Shown here piece by piece: positions 54,430 through 64,000 of a stretch of DNA of 64,000 bases. This DNA comes from a virus. Location of the stretch: the IMG/VR virus record IMGVR_UViG_3300045988_104412. One strand, written 5' to 3'. A program made the translations under genes and the position numbers. The notes beneath the pieces were generated by a model, which saw only the letters and a list, made by a program, of their open reading frames with translations, was not told the DNA's origin and ran no database searches. The stretch's first letter is position 1; the number at the start of each line of letters is the position of its first letter.

Positions 54430-57270
54430 ATGAACAGCAAACTTACAATCCTCGCCGACGGCAAGCCTCTCGCCCTAAAAGAAGACGCATCCATAAGTAT
54501 TGAGTTGAGCAACCCATTGTTCAACGACGTTGAGATGTTCTCCTATCCCGTAGAACTGCCCATCGAAGGTAACCGGCATTTTCTCAAAAACGTGGATGAT
54601 GTCAGCAGCGACATTCGTCCCGTGAGCTATGAGCACACGCCGATGCAGATTGTCGCCGACGGCGTGCCCTTTGCGTCGGGCACAGCTATCATCCAGGAAG
54701 ACGAGCGAGTGAAAGATTCTCTCTCGTTAAACATCAACGCATCTACGCAATCATTCTCTGACCTCATTAGCGACCTCAAGTGCAACGAAGTGCCTATCCC
54801 CACGAAATACCGCGACCAGCTCCTTATAGGCGAGAAGATTGACGAGGTGAGCGTGAGTGTCAACTACAAGACTGAGGTAGAGATCAAATACGAAGGCAAA
54901 AAAGGCGATAAGAGATACGCTTCGGTGGGCGACGACAATACTACGGAGTCCACCTTTTCCCCTCAAGCCCTTGGTTTCTCTTATCCTGCCCAATGTGTCG
55001 AAACTGGCAACTTACACGAAGCTGAAGTATTGAGAGTAGATGCTTACCCCAACGGTAACAACGTAAAAGTGCCGAAGGTGCAGACGTCCTACATCAACGT
55101 GAATGATGCCTACCCCCATAAGCCCTTCTGCAATGCCCGTGTGTGCTATGCCCACCATGACTTGAATGACGATGGCACTACGTCCGACAGTCTTGTGCAG
55201 GAAGTAAACTCCCGCAAGGACGAAGACCCGAACAACAAAAATCACGAGAAAGAAATGTACGAAGACCGTGGGCCGATATGGGTGTTGGATGCCAACCGTC
55301 CGCAATCGGGCATTTGTTTCTACATACTCTTTTTCCTTGACTGCCTCTTTGAGCACCTTGGTGTCCAGTTCGACAATTCGGCTCTTACAGCCATCGGCGA
55401 CATAAACCGTCTCTGTTTCTTCACCACAAAATGCTCCTACGACATAAAACCGCTTTACGCTCGGTCGTATTACACGAAGAACGACGAAGCCGTGAAAGCT
55501 GGACTGAAGCACGAAGGTGACGTGAAGGAGGGTTTCTTTCAGAAGCAAGTCAATGGCGAGAAGAACGTAAAGGACCTTTTTGAAGACGTAAACAAATGGC
55601 TCGACTCTCGCGGTTGTGGCGGCAAACTGAAACTCGAAAATCCGAAAGACAAGAGTGTGCAGGAGGTTACTTATCGTGCGGTTACATATAAGATAGTAGA
55701 TAAGAAGTATAACGGCAGTTTTTACAACCAAGGAGCTTTTAAGGATACTGAAGTGGTGACAGTGAAAGGCGACTGGGTTACTGTGCGTGTAGGCGAAGAC
55801 AAGATTGCAAGCATCACCTGCAAGAACTCCATCAATTCGGCTCAGATGAGTGCAAGCATTTTCCGTATGTATGCCAATGAGAAGAATTTTCCCAATGAAT
55901 CGGTGTCGGACGTGATCGATTCGCTTGAACAGCAGTTCGGCATTAAGTTTCATTACGACTACGAGCAACGCAAGGTGACGGCTTATCTTATCCGTGACGT
56001 ATTCCGCAAGCAGAACCCCGACCCTCGCACATTCCATGCCGAAGTGCTCTTTATGGTGCCCATGACGGAGAAGATAACCGGTGTACGCGCCGGATATGCA
56101 GCCGAAAGCGAAGCTAAGGAGCAGCGCGACAACGTGAAGAACAAGGTGAAGGACTTCAACACCGACTACGACTATATCGAATACCCTAAGAACTCTACCG
56201 TAACGAGCCTTACCTACAAGGACATTATTCACGAGGTTTACAACGGACAGATGAACGTGTTTGTTGACCTTCAGACAGGCAATAAATATCGTGTGAAGAT
56301 CGACAAAGAGTTTACTGACGCAAACAATATGAGACCTCGCTTGTTTGAGGTGGCTGCTATGAAGGGTGTGGAGATAGGCGATTGTTCTACTCTTAACGAA
56401 GACTTCATTCAGGAGTTTAAGTCGAGCTTTGTCCCTGTGGGTATGGTGGATGCCAATTACCGTATAGCCTTATCGTCAAGCACGGGTAGTACTTGCGCTT
56501 CCGATAATCCTAAACAGCCCAACGAAGTGGGCAAGCAATATGATGGCGTAGAGATTCAAAAGCTAAACGGCTCTTACGCCAAAACTCAGATGGCGGCTCT
56601 CGTTGATGAGGATATGGAGCATGAGTTTGTGAAGCAGTACGTCAAGAATACAATGTCGTCGATGATTGCTGATTTCTACGTCACCGAAGAGCTCTCGCTA
56701 CGTGAGAGTTACGATCCGTCTTCCACCGATGACGGCAACTCTCCTCTTCAGTCATACGACTGGGGTTTGTCTATCGCTATTATGCGTGGTGGCGGTATCG
56801 ACGCGACACATGAAACCTACGGCTACAACTATGACGGCTTCGGCAACTCGAAGTGGCGCACAAAGGCTGGCGACTATGCCCTGACAACCGACTCTATCGA
56901 CCCCTACGGCAACGAGTACGACTACAACGGCGTTGAGCCGGGCATCGGTAACGAGGAACGCTTCTCACTGAAGCCCCGTGCTTGGGTGCAGCCCGAATGG
57001 GCAGACGCTCCACTCGTAGTAAACACTCCATCGGTAAAGAACCGCGGCTACGTAGACGTATTCCTCGTCGATTACATCTATTTTCTCCTTCATCGCAAGA
57101 AGTATTACGTCAAGTGCCTCGCCTCCGTAGCGCAGGTAGCCGACATTCAGAATCACTGGAAAGAGTGGTGGAATATCGACGGCAAGAAATGCCTTATCAA
57201 CAAGGTTAATGCCGAGATTACTGCACGTGACGGATTGGGCGAAGTGGAATTGGAAGTGTTTGCAATATAA
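54430..57270 (+). CDS. large tail/baseplate-type structural protein
   Basis: 946-aa ORF upstream of the fibre genes. The antisense ORF 55012..56232 has shadow-like composition. Confidence 0.45.
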   Translation: MNSKLTILADGKPLALKEDASISIELSNPLFNDVEMFSYPVELPIEGNRHFLKNVDDVSSDIRPVSYEHTPMQIVADGVPFASGTAIIQEDERVKDSLSLNINASTQSFSDLISDLKCNEVPIPTKYRDQLLIGEKIDEVSVSVNYKTEVEIKYEGKKGDKRYASVGDDNTTESTFSPQALGFSYPAQCVETGNLHEAEVLRVDAYPNGNNVKVPKVQTSYINVNDAYPHKPFCNARVCYAHHDLNDDGTTSDSLVQEVNSRKDEDPNNKNHEKEMYEDRGPIWVLDANRPQSGICFYILFFLDCLFEHLGVQFDNSALTAIGDINRLCFFTTKCSYDIKPLYARSYYTKNDEAVKAGLKHEGDVKEGFFQKQVNGEKNVKDLFEDVNKWLDSRGCGGKLKLENPKDKSVQEVTYRAVTYKIVDKKYNGSFYNQGAFKDTEVVTVKGDWVTVRVGEDKIASITCKNSINSAQMSASIFRMYANEKNFPNESVSDVIDSLEQQFGIKFHYDYEQRKVTAYLIRDVFRKQNPDPRTFHAEVLFMVPMTEKITGVRAGYAAESEAKEQRDNVKNKVKDFNTDYDYIEYPKNSTVTSLTYKDIIHEVYNGQMNVFVDLQTGNKYRVKIDKEFTDANNMRPRLFEVAAMKGVEIGDCSTLNEDFIQEFKSSFVPVGMVDANYRIALSSSTGSTCASDNPKQPNEVGKQYDGVEIQKLNGSYAKTQMAALVDEDMEHEFVKQYVKNTMSSMIADFYVTEELSLRESYDPSSTDDGNSPLQSYDWGLSIAIMRGGGIDATHETYGYNYDGFGNSKWRTKAGDYALTTDSIDPYGNEYDYNGVEPGIGNEERFSLKPRAWVQPEWADAPLVVNTPSVKNRGYVDVFLVDYIYFLLHRKKYYVKCLASVAQVADIQNHWKEWWNIDGKKCLINKVNAEITARDGLGEVELEVFAI

Positions 57271-57357
57271 CGCCTTTTATATATACACACATCGCCACAT
57301 CAAAAAGTAATAACCAACAATTAATAATTACTAATTACTAATTAATAATTAAAGCAC

Positions 57358-58392
57358 ATGGCAGCATATTTGAAATTAGTTGATGGATCTATATTCAACG
57401 GCAACCCTATCACGTTCGCCGTCACTCCGCTCACGCTTAGTGGTTCGCCTTCATTTCACCGAATGGTGTTTGAGGTGAAGTGTGGCGTGAGTGGCGGCAA
57501 CTACGAAACCATGCGTATGACCGAACCCGTCTTGACTGAAAACGGCAAAGCAGTACAAGTAGATGTTTCGTCTGCCCTGCGTTCGTTCCGCGACTCCTAC
57601 GAGTATTCGCCTGAGCCCGGTGTTATGCCAGCCGTAAAATTTAACGTGTCGGCATACGACGAGTATATGGCTGATGGCGAAGTGAAAAAGTCGGAACCGG
57701 TGTCTTATCTCGCCGGCGAGGACGTGAAGCAAACTATCTTCGGTGGTTTTTCCGACTACGACCGCTTGATGGGCGAGCAGGATATGAAGGTGGGCAGACT
57801 GACACGCAAACCTAACACCACACCTCAGTTGGTTTGCGTAGGCGAACAGCTCGTCTATGCCGATGCGTACAGTCCGGCTGTAAGTCTGACAACTGCCACA
57901 TGGGATGCACCCGAGGTTAAAGTCTACAACATAACGGCAGAAGGCGCACAGACAGTAGGCGGACAGCAGCTCTTTGCCCTACCTGCTTCCGAGGCAGTAC
58001 ACCGCACGGAGTTTCGCTTCATCAATTCGTTCGGTGTGCTTGAGAGCATCAGCATACCCAAGAGTTATGCGCAGGAGGTAGACATCAAAACCACCAACTA
58101 TACCGTAACACGCAAAGAAACCTTGCACTCCTTCTCTCGGTCTGCAGTACGCAAGCAGGGCAACAAAGAAGGTTGGAACTACAAGACCGATCCTTTGGAT
58201 GAAACATGGCTCGCTTGGTATCTTCACGAATTGCTTATGTCGGAGCACGTTTGGCTGAAGATTAACGGTAAGTTCCTGCCATGTACCATCGAGTCGGAAG
58301 ATACCATAAAATATGCCGACGATACCAAGACCGATATGTACAGCGTATCGTTCACGGCACGACTCGGTTTCTGCGGCAGTACGAAGATATAA
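57358..58392 (+). CDS. hypothetical tail-module protein
   Basis: 344-aa ORF in the late operon. Confidence 0.5.
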   Translation: MAAYLKLVDGSIFNGNPITFAVTPLTLSGSPSFHRMVFEVKCGVSGGNYETMRMTEPVLTENGKAVQVDVSSALRSFRDSYEYSPEPGVMPAVKFNVSAYDEYMADGEVKKSEPVSYLAGEDVKQTIFGGFSDYDRLMGEQDMKVGRLTRKPNTTPQLVCVGEQLVYADAYSPAVSLTTATWDAPEVKVYNITAEGAQTVGGQQLFALPASEAVHRTEFRFINSFGVLESISIPKSYAQEVDIKTTNYTVTRKETLHSFSRSAVRKQGNKEGWNYKTDPLDETWLAWYLHELLMSEHVWLKINGKFLPCTIESEDTIKYADDTKTDMYSVSFTARLGFCGSTKI

Positions 58393-58525
58393 GTCTCTCA
58401 GTTCTCATCTCTACATTTCTTGCGACCTCAAGAGTCACCATACTCTTGCGGTCGTTTGCGTTTAGGTATGTCCGTATCATACTAACGCTTTTTTCTAAAT
58501 TCGTAACAGAAAATCAATATAATAT

Positions 58526-61513
58526 ATGACACAAGCGAGAACAAAAGACTATTGGATTTCGCCTTCGGCATTGCATATCGAGCTGAATGCCCTTGGCAAT
58601 CCTGACTATATCCAGGCATCGTGTATGAGCGGTGCTCAGATACTTGTGTACGTCAAGGACATTATCGGCTTCGATGCTGGACACAACTACCGACGCTGGC
58701 CCTTGCAGGCAGCCCCAACGGTATTCAATACCCACACTGAAAAATACGTCTATGCCGCCATCCCTCGCGACATGACGCTCGCTGCTTCGGCATGGATAGT
58801 ATTCCCGTCTGAAAAAATAGACATCTACGGCAAGAACGAAAAAGAAGAGCAGATAGGCGACGAGAAGTACTATTACGTCTTTCTGCAAGGCATCATCACC
58901 TCGTCGGGCGATAACGGCACAGTGCAGCGCGATTGGAAAGAAGGCGGCAGAATCGTATATGGCTATTTGTCCTCGGACGAAGCAATCAGTGCCATTCCCT
59001 ACGAAAGCGAGTGGTATAATTATTCTTCGGCAGACAATATCGTGACCTTCCTCAAGGACATTACGATGAAGGCTGGCACTAAATTCCGCCAACTTTTCGC
59101 GAAGACTCTCACTATTGTGTCCGGAGGGAAAATAGCCTTTGAGGACCAAGGCGAGGTGAATGGAGTAGCCACAACGGACACGCAGCTTGAGTCTACCGAC
59201 AAGATAGTAACTCCGAAGTTTCTCGACGATAATGCGCTGTCAAAAGTAAAGCAGGATGCTGCGCAAGAGATCATTCGTTTCATAAAAGGATTGACTTTGG
59301 GCGAGAATACTGGAGGTAATAACTTCGGCATCTCCTCTGACGGCATCGCCACCCTCAAAGAGGTTGTGTCGGCGGCGTTCCGTTCGGGTGCGCTCGGTTC
59401 GGGCTTCAAGCTCGGCAATTATTCCGACAGCGAGGATAGCTACTTAGAGGTAGACCACCTCCTTGTGCGCAAGGCAGCGGAGTTCGTGAAGCTCGTAATT
59501 AGAGAGCTGCAAAGCGTAGGTGGTGAGGTAGTCCTGTCACCTGCGTCGATGAAGATCAGTAAGGTGGACTTCCTGAGAAAGGGCACGCTGCTGCCCGAAT
59601 ATGGCACAACCCCTCTGCGATTCGACGTCTATCGTTGTTCGTTCTTAACGAAGCGAGGTGACGAGGAGATAACGAACCCGTTTGTCGTCAACGACCTTGT
59701 GCGCTGCCAGACGTTCAATATCAAGGAGGGCACGACGGCGAACGCAAAGAACAAATACTACTGGCGCAGAGTGACGGCGGTCGGCACGGACTACATCGAC
59801 ATCCTTGCCTTGTCGGGAGGTAACTACGGCGACTCGCAGCCCGAAGTAGGCGACGAGCTTGTTCAGATGGGCAATACAACCGATGTGGCGCGCCAGTCGG
59901 TGCTATACCTCTCGGCTTACGGCGCAGACTCGCCGTCAATCAAGCTGTACAAGGGCGTGAACGACTATACACTCGACGGCAAGGAGATATTCGTGGTGTC
60001 ACGCGGCGAGATTTATGCGCTTGCGTCAATGTTCAAACTCAAAGTGAAGGATGGCGACACAACAAAGGAAATGACACTTGCAGAGATTGTGGCAAACGTT
60101 GACGGACTGACTTCCACGGTAGCGGCAAACAAGCAGGAGACGGACGGACAGATAGGCAAGATAAACACTACTCTAACGCAGAACGCAGAGAGCATATCTT
60201 CGCTTGCACAGAAGCAGACGGACACGGAGAACAAGATGACAAAGATGGAGCAAACGACCGACAAAATCTCCCTACAGGTCGAAACGACCACGAATCTAAA
60301 GAATAGCATCGTAGGCTCTGCGCTGCGTCCGTGGGATGAAATCACAAAGATAGCGGCGGCTCACTCGCAAAAGGTAGAGATAACAAGCGGTGGCGGCGTC
60401 GGCGGCTCAAACTACGCAACGTTCAGTGCGTCGGGCGCTACAGCGAACACATACACAGGTCTGTACTTTAAGGATGTGCGTGTATCGGCTGGCAAGACGT
60501 ACGTATTCAGCGTATGGGCGAAGTTAGTCAGCCTGTTTGATAATGGCGCTTACTACTCTATCAAGCGCTTTGACGGCGGTACGGAAGGTGCTGTTGTCAA
60601 GTCGGGCAATATCTATCTGAGTATAGGTGGCTGGAAGCTCTTTACTGCGACGTTTACCGTGCCCGACGGCTGCACAAAGCTGTTGCTTGAACTTGCCGTG
60701 CGCAGAAATGGTGCTATCGACGTGTGCCGTCCGATGATAATGGAGGGAACGGAGTACGGCGGCTGGAGTTTATCGCCCTACGACAAGACGGAAGCTGGCA
60801 AACTGGAGTCGGGACTGAAAAGAGCAGGCATCGACCTCGAAGACGATACCATCACGGCGACGGCTAACAAGTTCATGGTCAAGAACAACAGCGGCGAAGT
60901 GACGGCGAGCGTGAACGAGGACGGCTTGCTGGAGGTGGGCGCAGGTCTCTTCTCTGGACTGATACGTAAGAAGAAGACTATCATTACCCCCGACAAGTTG
61001 GAAGGCTACACAGAAGAAAACTCGATTAATGGATATATCCGACTAAACTTTGTAAAGACGGGTAGCTTTGTTGAGCTTTCGGGCGACATCGGCAAAAAGA
61101 CAGGAGGTAACTACCCGACAATAATTCTGCCATTTCACAATCCGAACGCAAGCAATGCCAGCCTTGGTGTGACAAGCGAAGAAGCGGCGACGTGTCTCGG
61201 GCAGACATTCATTGTAAGAAACAATACAAGTCCGGCGATAACAATCAATATCATTGGTTACACGTCGCTCGTCGGAGGCAGCGACGCAAATCATCCCTAC
61301 TGGCTTGGAAGCGGATGGATGGCAGTCCTTACCTGCGAATTTGTATATGTCTCAAACGCCAATACGTATGCTATTGTATGGAATGGATATAACGTACCAT
61401 TTTCAGCTCCAATAGCGCACAGCGACGAAGGAGAAGAAGCGGTTGCGGACGAAGGAGGAGAATCTACAGCCGACGGCCCGACAACAACAGAAGAAGAACA
61501 ACCAAAAGAATAA
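58526..61513 (+). CDS. tail fibre / receptor-binding protein with CBM-like domain
   Basis: 995 aa. It has a coiled segment and a carbohydrate-binding-module-like stretch (YTGLYFKDVRVSAGKTYVFSVWAK...MIMEGTEYGGWSLSPYD). The C-terminal tail is acidic. Confidence 0.5.
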   Translation: MTQARTKDYWISPSALHIELNALGNPDYIQASCMSGAQILVYVKDIIGFDAGHNYRRWPLQAAPTVFNTHTEKYVYAAIPRDMTLAASAWIVFPSEKIDIYGKNEKEEQIGDEKYYYVFLQGIITSSGDNGTVQRDWKEGGRIVYGYLSSDEAISAIPYESEWYNYSSADNIVTFLKDITMKAGTKFRQLFAKTLTIVSGGKIAFEDQGEVNGVATTDTQLESTDKIVTPKFLDDNALSKVKQDAAQEIIRFIKGLTLGENTGGNNFGISSDGIATLKEVVSAAFRSGALGSGFKLGNYSDSEDSYLEVDHLLVRKAAEFVKLVIRELQSVGGEVVLSPASMKISKVDFLRKGTLLPEYGTTPLRFDVYRCSFLTKRGDEEITNPFVVNDLVRCQTFNIKEGTTANAKNKYYWRRVTAVGTDYIDILALSGGNYGDSQPEVGDELVQMGNTTDVARQSVLYLSAYGADSPSIKLYKGVNDYTLDGKEIFVVSRGEIYALASMFKLKVKDGDTTKEMTLAEIVANVDGLTSTVAANKQETDGQIGKINTTLTQNAESISSLAQKQTDTENKMTKMEQTTDKISLQVETTTNLKNSIVGSALRPWDEITKIAAAHSQKVEITSGGGVGGSNYATFSASGATANTYTGLYFKDVRVSAGKTYVFSVWAKLVSLFDNGAYYSIKRFDGGTEGAVVKSGNIYLSIGGWKLFTATFTVPDGCTKLLLELAVRRNGAIDVCRPMIMEGTEYGGWSLSPYDKTEAGKLESGLKRAGIDLEDDTITATANKFMVKNNSGEVTASVNEDGLLEVGAGLFSGLIRKKKTIITPDKLEGYTEENSINGYIRLNFVKTGSFVELSGDIGKKTGGNYPTIILPFHNPNASNASLGVTSEEAATCLGQTFIVRNNTSPAITINIIGYTSLVGGSDANHPYWLGSGWMAVLTCEFVYVSNANTYAIVWNGYNVPFSAPIAHSDEGEEAVADEGGESTADGPTTTEEEQPKE

Positions 61514-61516
61514 GAT

Positions 61517-61966
61517 ATGAAGAAAATAGTTAGAGGTAACGACTTTACCCTGCGCATACCAGTATGCAAGATAGTGAATGGCGAGCAGGTGGCTTTTCCG
61601 CTGCCTGCCTGCACGGACATCGTTGTAAACATCGTGAACCAGTATCGGCGTGTGAACCTCGCCTACAGCATCGACACAGCGGAGGACAACATCATCAATG
61701 CGCGTGTCGAGGGCGACGCGGTATCAGTGGGCATATACGCCCTCGAAGTGCGCGGTAAGATTTTCGGCAACGACTGGCGCAGCAAGGAATACGAGCAGTT
61801 CGCCATCGTGGACAACAACGCCTCGGGCGACACGGCGTTTGACGGCGAACTTATCGAGGGCGAGGACTCCGTGGAGATGGACACGGCACTCGTATTTCTG
61901 CCCCCGACGGCTGAGCTGACGCAGCTAATCAACGACGCTAATACGGCTGTAGAAACGGCAAAGTAG
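61517..61966 (+). CDS. tail fibre N-terminal (anchor) module, terminated by TAG that is in frame with the following 2-kb open frame
   Basis: 149-aa ORF with stop TAG at 61964..61966. Confidence 0.6.
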   Translation: MKKIVRGNDFTLRIPVCKIVNGEQVAFPLPACTDIVVNIVNQYRRVNLAYSIDTAEDNIINARVEGDAVSVGIYALEVRGKIFGNDWRSKEYEQFAIVDNNASGDTAFDGELIEGEDSVEMDTALVFLPPTAELTQLINDANTAVETAK

Positions 61967-64000
61967 ACAGACGCAACGCTCAAAGCCAACGAGGGCGAGC
62001 GCGTTTCTGCGGAACAGCAACGAGTGTCGGCAGAAACCTCACGTGTATCAGAGGAAATCAAGCGCAGCGAGAACGAGGAGACTCGTCAGGCAGCAGAGGC
62101 GGAACGTGTGAGCAACGAAGACGCCCGAAAAGCGGCGGAAGCGCAGCGCATCAACGCTGAGAGCGAGCGTGCAGAAGCTGAAAAGACACGCACGGCAAAC
62201 GAAGCCGCACGCGTCGCAGCAGAGAAGCAGAGAACAGCTACCTTCACTGAGCTTTCTGCGAACGTAGACGCAGCTGTCAGCAAGGCGAACACCGCGGCAG
62301 GAGCGGCAAATACGATAACCGAAAAGGCGAACGCAGCAGAGGACAAGCGTGCAGAGGCGTTCACGGTTCTCAACGGTAACATGAATACGGCAATATCGGA
62401 GCTAAACAAGGCAGTGGCAAAAGCCGAAGACACAATAGAGCAGACTACCACTGCGCTCAATGCCGCGAAGAACGTAGACATAGACATAGCCGACACAACG
62501 CTTGCCGTCACACGTCCTTCGGGTGAGCGAAAGGAGTTTGACCTCATGCAGCTGAAAGGCGACAAGGGCGACGCATTCACCTACGCCGACTTTACGCCCG
62601 AGGAGATAAAGGAGCTGCAAAAGCCTGCTACGGAGGCTGCCACAAACGCCGACAAAAAGGCTGAGGAGGCAAGCCGTGTGAACGCCGTGCTGACTGGCGA
62701 GAACGTGCTTGAGGTGACAAACCGCGAGGGTGTGAAGACGGCACTGCAACTGGCAAGCTACGCCGAGGTGGGAGATGTAGTGAGCGAGGTGAAGCACCTG
62801 TCGGAAACAATGGGTGCATACACGGGCAGAGCGGACATCATACTGAAGGCGGTAGAGACGAACAAGGCTATATCTTCAGCCGGCGCAAAGATAAACAAGA
62901 GCGGCTGGGCTATAGCGGAGTTTACTGCGGAGAAAGGCAACGTATATCTGTTTAAGCCTAACGTAATAGACGATAGCGTGTGCATCTTTGCCGAGTACAT
63001 ACAGAGCGTAGAGACACGCGGAATAGATTACACATATACATACAACACCGACGGCACAACGGCAACAGCAACGGCAACGTATCTGGGTGCGACACACACA
63101 TATACATACACCTATGCCGAAGACAAGAGCTGCGTCATTACCGATGAGAAAGGAGCTGCTGTGGACGCCCTGCCGATGGTGTATGAAACAAAGGTCGGAA
63201 CATACTCGCCGCTCGTTAGTCTTAACGCAGATGCAGAGCTGCCGAAGGACGGCTACTGTCGATACATGAGTCACTTTAAGGGCAACTCCGCCATTAAGGT
63301 AGTAGTCAGCTACAAAGTGGGCGTGGCTGACTTGACAATGAAGGTGACGAGAGACGGTGTTTTGGCGAGCGTTTCCACGCAGCTGGGCAACCTGTCGCAG
63401 AAAGAGGATGAGACACGCAGGAAGATAGACGAACTGCATGGTAATTACATAGAATTAAAGTGGAATGCAGATAGTTTTTGCTATGTGGATTGGAAATATA
63501 TAGAGGTGAAGGCTTTTAAGAAATATCGCTTCAAGCCAATATATGCACTTGAAACCTGTCGTCAATTTGACAGCAGCCACTACCCCAATGGCAACCACTT
63601 GGTCTATGCTGACGTATCGCACTTTGACGCAACGACGTTTGCTGTCAGCACCTACCCAATCGAGCATAAAAAGCGTATAGATTCCGTATTCTTTGGTGCA
63701 AAGATAGAAAAGCTGGACTGTCGCGGCATGAATGTCAGTGGTTTGACGGACATAAATCAGGTGTTCAAAAACTGCGCGGAACTTACGGAATTGGATATTA
63801 GCGGATGGGACACTTCGGAATGCCGAACGTTTACTGATTTTAACAAGAATTCCTATACGAGAGGTTTATTCGGCGGCTGCTCGAAGTTGCGTAAGATATA
63901 TGGTTTGTCAGGACTTGACACACGCAACGTGACGGATATGGGCTCCTTGTTCAGAGGCTGTTCCGCTCTAACGAGCATAGACGTAAGCAAGTGGGACACA
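61967..64000 (+). CDS. tail fibre shaft and BspA-type leucine-rich-repeat head. It continues the 61517 frame after TAG and runs past the window end.
   Basis: 678 codons checked by hand with no stop. No ATG until codon 139. Coiled-coil repeats (ERVSAEQQRVSAETSRVSEE...) are followed by LRR units (F.NCAELTELDISGWDTS..., LFRGCSALTSIDVSKWDT). Absent from the ORF track, presumably because no stop lies in the window. Confidence 0.7.

Noticed and set aside
55012-56232. 406-aa minus-strand ORF inside the 946-aa structural gene. The same applies to 33211..34035, 50499..51221, 51857..52576, 16147..16707 and 16626..17243.
   Set aside because: All are antisense to longer, better-composed + strand genes in an otherwise unidirectional operon.
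61663-63439. Minus-strand Ala/Ser/Cys-rich ORFs (61663..62061, 62086..62580, 62402..62797, 62876..63439)
   Set aside because: They are antisense shadows of the 678-codon open + strand tail-fibre frame, which has coiled-coil and LRR periodicity. The + frame is missing from the track, presumably because it has no stop within the window.
1-64000. Wholesale TAG reassignment (genetic code 15) for the whole phage
   Set aside because: Very long late genes (the 2066-, 995- and 946-aa ORFs) contain no in-frame TAG. The tape-measure TAG (23484..23486) is followed by a terminator. The TAG at 16687..16689 is followed by a gene in another frame. Only sparse suppression or readthrough at specific sites is consistent with the data. 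No CUA-anticodon tRNA is present in this window.
58526-64000. Diversity-generating retroelement targeting the fibre genes
   Set aside because: No reverse-transcriptase ORF (no YxDD motif) and no template/variable repeat pair was noticed anywhere in the window.
1-64000. Prophage boundaries, integrase, transposase or other mobile-element hallmarks
   Set aside because: No recombinase-like ORF, att-like direct repeats or host housekeeping genes were seen. LysR, GNAT and RtcB are embedded between phage genes with phage-like leaders.

Overview
This window is a contiguous piece of a tailed dsDNA phage (Caudoviricetes) genome. The host is most likely a Bacteroidota species, judging from TAnnTTTG -7 promoter boxes upstream of several genes, the lack of Shine-Dalgarno sites, and CA-rich unstructured leaders. 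No integrase or host flank is visible. Layout: (1) 1-7.9 kb, + strand: replication genes (P-loop helicase/primase-like protein, SSB-like protein, beta sliding clamp) and small unknown genes. (2) 15.4 to 8.0 kb, - strand: an operon with a radical-SAM protein, a PP-loop/PAPS-reductase-like protein, two amino-DNA methyltransferases and the large terminase. (3) 15.5-23.5 kb: a holin-like protein and a 2066-aa tape measure protein. (4) 23.5-24.3 kb: AT-rich non-coding DNA with iteron-like repeats. (5) 24.3-30.2 kb: nucleotide-metabolism or modification genes (radical SAM, guanylate-kinase-like, divergent ThyX). (6) tRNA(CAT), S49 prohead protease/scaffold and major capsid protein. (7) A LysR regulator island and a Cys-rich membrane or secreted gene cluster. 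(8) 37.5-49.5 kb: accessory block (ASCH, YopX, GNAT, RtcB). (9) 49.7-64 kb: virion and tail genes, ending in a tail fibre with BspA-type LRRs that runs off the window. The most unusual locus is 42.2-45.8 kb. It has one circularly permuted C5-cytosine methyltransferase core flanked by 12 tandem mini-ORFs (41-107 aa, mostly below the ORF-track cutoff). Each mini-ORF looks like an isolated target-recognition domain; most end in (V/I)(L/M)IEY(D/E), and seven junctions overlap stop and start (consensus ATGATTGA). Three of them are out of frame at poly-G tracts. Other signals: both amino-methyltransferases and the PAPS-reductase-like gene are interrupted at homopolymers, while long A/T runs in ordinary genes are intact. 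In-frame TAG codons sit inside a tail-fibre gene and the PAPS-reductase-like gene. All functional calls come from motif recognition by eye; no database search was possible.
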